A DNA stretch of 64,000 bases from Chthoniobacteraceae bacterium (lineage in GTDB: Bacteria; Verrucomicrobiota; Verrucomicrobiia; Chthoniobacterales; Chthoniobacteraceae): NCBI GenBank assembly GCA_037190965.1, contig JBBCKI010000010.1, forward strand, positions 32,001 through 96,000, read 5' to 3'. The notes under the pieces are model-generated. The model did no database searches. It saw only the letters and a list, made by a program, of their open reading frames with translations, and was not told the origin of the DNA. Position 1 is the stretch's first letter. Each line of letters opens with the position of its first letter. A program made the position numbers and the translations under genes. This document shows, piece by piece, positions 60,732 to 64,000 of the stretch.

Positions 60732-61442
60732 TCAAGACTCTGCCTTGGTGGCAGGCGGACGGGTCGCGTCTTGCGCAGGCGCGGGCTTGCGAAGATGCAG
60801 GTAGAGGGCGTAGGCCAGTCCCACGGAGCCGGTCAAGGCAGCCGGGACGTACAAGGCGCGGTAGCTGAATGAGGCGAATGCGAAAGAGCCCGCGACGCCT
60901 CCGGTGAAGAAAGAGAAAATCAGATAGAGGCTGAGGGTGATACGCCGATGATCCACGGGAAGCCCTCGGAAGAATTGGCCGATAAAGATGCCCAGATCGG
61001 TGAAAATTCCCGTGACATGGGTGGTGCGCAGAACGGCTCCGCTGTAGGTGCTCACCATCCCGTTCTGAAGCCCGCAGGCGCACGACGCCAGGTAGTCGCC
61101 AGAAACCATCTGCCTGCCCAGCAGCGGAACGGCAATGAAGAGCATGGCCGATTCGAGCAGCAGGGCGACCCCATAACGCCTGCCGAGCTTAAGCGCGCCG
61201 TCCTGGATGAGGAATCCCCCGAGGATTGCCCCGGCCACAAATGAGCCGATGATCGCGGCCAGGTGCCACATGCCGGCTCTGTCGCCTGTTGCCGCTGCAA
61301 CTCCAAGGAGGGTGGTCGTGCCCGTCAAATGGGTCACTCCTTGATGTTGAAAGCCCAGAAAGCCGACGGCGTTGATCATGCCCGCGATCAACGCGAGCAC
61401 GGAGCCGCCAAACCAGACCCACCGGGGTAGCTTTGAAATCAT
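60732..61442 (-). CDS. YoaK/DUF1275 membrane protein
   Basis: AGMINA, HLTGTTT, GLQNG, RTTHVTGIFTDLG. Confidence 0.9.
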   Translation of the reverse strand: MISKLPRWVWFGGSVLALIAGMINAVGFLGFQHQGVTHLTGTTTLLGVAAATGDRAGMWHLAAIIGSFVAGAILGGFLIQDGALKLGRRYGVALLLESAMLFIAVPLLGRQMVSGDYLASCACGLQNGMVSTYSGAVLRTTHVTGIFTDLGIFIGQFFRGLPVDHRRITLSLYLIFSFFTGGVAGSFAFASFSYRALYVPAALTGSVGLAYALYLHLRKPAPAQDATRPPATKAES

Positions 61443-61552
61443 GGCATAAAGAAAGATCGGAATCCCTGAGACTCTTTCGGAAAAAGAGCCCGAGGCCCAC
61501 TAAAGCGAGAAGGAGAGGGGAGTCAATCTGATTACTGCCGTTGGAGCGGCAA

Positions 61553-61709
61553 GGTAGCCCGCTCTCGCCGAGAGCGCGGGATCGGTGAAGAGTCGCGTTT
61601 GGTGCTCATCCCCGCAGGACGGGCTGCTGGTATTGGGATGAGTCCCTCATGAAATACCGAGTCGATACCCGCGCTCGACGGCGCGCGCGGGCTACCGGAG
61701 CTGCCGCAC
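61553..61709 (+). repeat. REPIN-like REP doublet, copy J
   Basis: GGTAGCCCGCTCTCGCCGAGAGCGCGGG ... CCCGCGCTCGACGGCGCGCGCGGGCTACC + GGAGCTGCCGCAC. Confidence 0.92.
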
Positions 61710-61723
61710 GGACTGGCTTAACG

Positions 61724-63178
61724 TTATCCTCTCCCACCGCCGTTTCTAAGAAGCTCTTGGGTGACGAGTTTGCCGAGGGTTGCCACGGCTTGTTCGATCT
61801 TCGAGCTCCAAAGATGGCCGCAACTGATCCGAATGTAGTGTTTGAATTCGGCGGCGGGTGAGAAGAGGTGCCCCGGAGCGATGCTGATCTTGAGTTTTCT
61901 TGCCTCGTGGAAGAGTGCGAGGGCGTCCACTTGCGGGGGGAGTTCGACCCACAGGACGAATCCTCCCGCCGGGTTGGTAATTTTGATTTCTCCAGGCAGC
62001 GCGGCGGCAAGCGTTTCGCGCATGGAGAGCACTTGCTCGCGGAAGGTGCGGCGGAGGGTGCGGAGGTGATGTTCGTAGCCGCCGTTGCGGAGGAACTCGG
62101 CAACCGTCAATGCCATCAAGGGGGCGTTATAAAAGTTCAGGGCCGTCTTCACCTGCATGATCTTGTCGTGGTAGCGGCCCGCGGAGACGTAACCCACCCG
62201 GTAGCCGGGGGCGAGCGTCTTGGAGAATGATCCGCAGAGAATCGTGCCCCCGGTTTTATCCAACGCCTTGAGGCATTGCGGGCGCTCTTCTCCAAAATGG
62301 AGGTCGCCATAAACGTCGTCTTCGATGATGGGGATACCGTGCTCTTCGGCCAATGCCACCAGTTCCGTGCGATTGGCCTCGGGCATGCAACTCCCCAGCG
62401 GGTTGCTGAAATTCGGGACAACGACAATGGCTGCGACCTTTTCCCGGCCGACCACTTTGCGCGTGGCGGAGATATCCAGGCCGTCCTGTGGGCTGGAAGG
62501 GATGGCCACGGCGCGCAAGCCCAACTGGCTCAGGATATTGAGCACCCCGTGGTGGGTTGGCGACTCGAGGATCACCGTGTCGCCCGGCTTGGCCACGGCC
62601 TTCAAGGCCAGGTGGATGGCCTCGGTGGCTCCTTGGGTAATAATGAAGTCGTCAGGCGTCAGATAGCAGCCCCAATCCAATGACCGGCGGCTGAGTTCCG
62701 TGCGGAGCCGTGGGCAGCCGGGCGCGGGATCGCAGGTGATGGCAGACTGGGTGTTCAGACGCGAAAGCGACGCCATGACCCGCGCGAGCTTTTTCCCCGG
62801 GAGGAGTTCCGCACTCGGGTGCGCGCCGCCCATTTTCACGAAATCCGGGTTCACCACGTCATGCACCAGGGCCATGAGCGGCGGGAACTTGGAGAGGCTC
62901 TTGGCCTGAGGGACGCGCCGGGAGATGGTGGGGAGTTGAAGCGATCTCGCCAGAAGACTGCGGACGTAAAAGCCTGATTTCGGGCGAGCTTCGATCAATC
63001 GCCGGTCTTCCAGCAGCGTATAAGCCTGAAGTACGGTGGGAACGCTGACCTGATGTTGCTTGCTGGTCTGGCGCACCGAGGGGATCCGGTCGCCGGGGTG
63101 GAACATCCCCAAATGGATCATTTCCTCCATTTTGTCTGCCAACTTTAGGTAAAGGGGCTGTTCGACGGGTTCGTGCAT
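61724..63178 (-). CDS. MocR/GabR family regulator (GntR HTH plus PLP aminotransferase-like domain)
   Basis: GDRIPSVR, EARPKSGFYV, NFSNPLG, IIEDDVYGDL, GSFSKTLAPGYRVG; start placed at ATG 63178. Confidence 0.93.
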   Translation of the reverse strand: MHEPVEQPLYLKLADKMEEMIHLGMFHPGDRIPSVRQTSKQHQVSVPTVLQAYTLLEDRRLIEARPKSGFYVRSLLARSLQLPTISRRVPQAKSLSKFPPLMALVHDVVNPDFVKMGGAHPSAELLPGKKLARVMASLSRLNTQSAITCDPAPGCPRLRTELSRRSLDWGCYLTPDDFIITQGATEAIHLALKAVAKPGDTVILESPTHHGVLNILSQLGLRAVAIPSSPQDGLDISATRKVVGREKVAAIVVVPNFSNPLGSCMPEANRTELVALAEEHGIPIIEDDVYGDLHFGEERPQCLKALDKTGGTILCGSFSKTLAPGYRVGYVSAGRYHDKIMQVKTALNFYNAPLMALTVAEFLRNGGYEHHLRTLRRTFREQVLSMRETLAAALPGEIKITNPAGGFVLWVELPPQVDALALFHEARKLKISIAPGHLFSPAAEFKHYIRISCGHLWSSKIEQAVATLGKLVTQELLRNGGGRG

Positions 63179-63195
63179 GGCGCGGATTTTAGCGA

Positions 63196-63349
63196 TTGAA
63201 CACCTGCACAGAGGGGTTTGCAACCCGCATTTAGGCGATCTGTGCAAGGCGCAGGGGTGCTACCGCACCATTTTCGTCATCGCCTATCGAAGAGTCTGAG
63301 CAAAGAAAAGCTAATCTGTGCAGGTGATCAAGTCGCTCATCTGTGTCTG
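63196..63349. promoter_or_regulatory. Putative MocR operator array
   Basis: TCTGTGCAGGTG(A/T)TCAA inverted pair (63196-63212, 63315-63331) plus ATCTGTG half-sites at 63238 and 63339. Confidence 0.55.
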
Positions 63350-63518
63350 TTAAAGGAGCCGTTTATGACATAGTTTGGCGATGGGCAGTCTTGAAATGCC
63401 TTCTCATTATGCTACTTACATGCCTTTTTCGCCCCGAGGAGGGCTCTTCACGGAGCCGTTTTTGGGGCCGTTTTTAGTTGAGACGCGCCCAGTACCCATC
63501 CTTAGGTTTGATTTTGAT

Positions 63519-64000
63519 ATGATTCCCGACCATGCACCCTTTTTGCCTCAACAGCGCCAGTCGATTTCGGCTCTGTTAGCAGGCCTTTCTCCCTTGCAGC
63601 GTTTCTGGCTGGGTGGGTTTTTGTCTTCGACTTCGGTCGCCCAATCGGGAGAGGCAGCGCCTCCCAGCGCCTCTGCGGGCAAGTTGACGGTGCTTTACGG
63701 AACGGAGTCGGGCAATGCTGAGAAGCTGGCCGATCTTTCCGCCAAGGAAGCCAAAAAACGCGGCCTTCAAGTCAAGGTGGTGAATATGGCGGACGTCAGC
63801 CCTTCGATGCTGGCAAAGGTGGACAACCTGATCGTGATCGTGAGCACCTGGGGCGAGGGGGATCCTCCCGAGAGCGCCGGGGCTTTTTACAAGGCGTTGC
63901 CTTCGACCGAGGTGGACCTCGCAAAACTGAAGTTCTCGGTCTGCGCGTTGGGAGACACGGCTTACGAGAAGTTTTGCCAAACGGGCAAAGACATCGACGC
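63519..64000 (+). CDS. cysJ: Sulfite reductase flavoprotein (CysJ-like), N-terminal flavodoxin domain; runs off the window
   Basis: Own translation: MIPDHAPF...QRFWLGGFL...LTVLYGTESGNAEKLA...VSTWGEGDPPE...ALGDTAYEKFCQTGK; missing from the ORF track because no stop codon lies in the window. Confidence 0.85.
   Translation, partial: MIPDHAPFLPQQRQSISALLAGLSPLQRFWLGGFLSSTSVAQSGEAAPPSASAGKLTVLYGTESGNAEKLADLSAKEAKKRGLQVKVVNMADVSPSMLAKVDNLIVIVSTWGEGDPPESAGAFYKALPSTEVDLAKLKFSVCALGDTAYEKFCQTGKDID

Overview
GC-rich bacterial chromosomal window, probably Verrucomicrobiota. The taxon is inferred from three PEP-CTERM proteins, the short AtpH and the overall gene content. Housekeeping genes: beta-oxidation (fadJ-like fragment, acyl-CoA dehydrogenase), der, pgsA-like, miaB, a complete atpBEFHAGDC operon, a CCA-adding enzyme, pyrH-frr, an amidase, a MoxR/DUF58/BatA-E operon, ppk2, msrB, aroB, hrpB, rpmE-prfA, a MocR regulator and the start of cysJ. 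No rRNA, tRNA, CRISPR array or transposase was recognised. Most of the unexplained structure is non-coding. Ten copies of a ~150-160 bp GTAG-type REP doublet (REPIN-like) occupy intergenic spaces, and one copy has its core inverted relative to its flanks. There are two further unrelated palindromic elements, a perfect Rex-type operator upstream of the atp operon, a switch-like structured leader ahead of an FTR1 permease, and a 17-bp inverted repeat between the MocR gene and cysJ. Coding oddities: an Ala-rich (AxAxAxG) ATP synthase c subunit, a 24 x 15 bp tandem repeat inside batB/C, a PIG-L de-N-acetylase paired with a GT-C transferase, and a membrane 'spermidine synthase' with non-canonical active-site motifs. 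All family calls come from reading motifs by eye; no database search was run.
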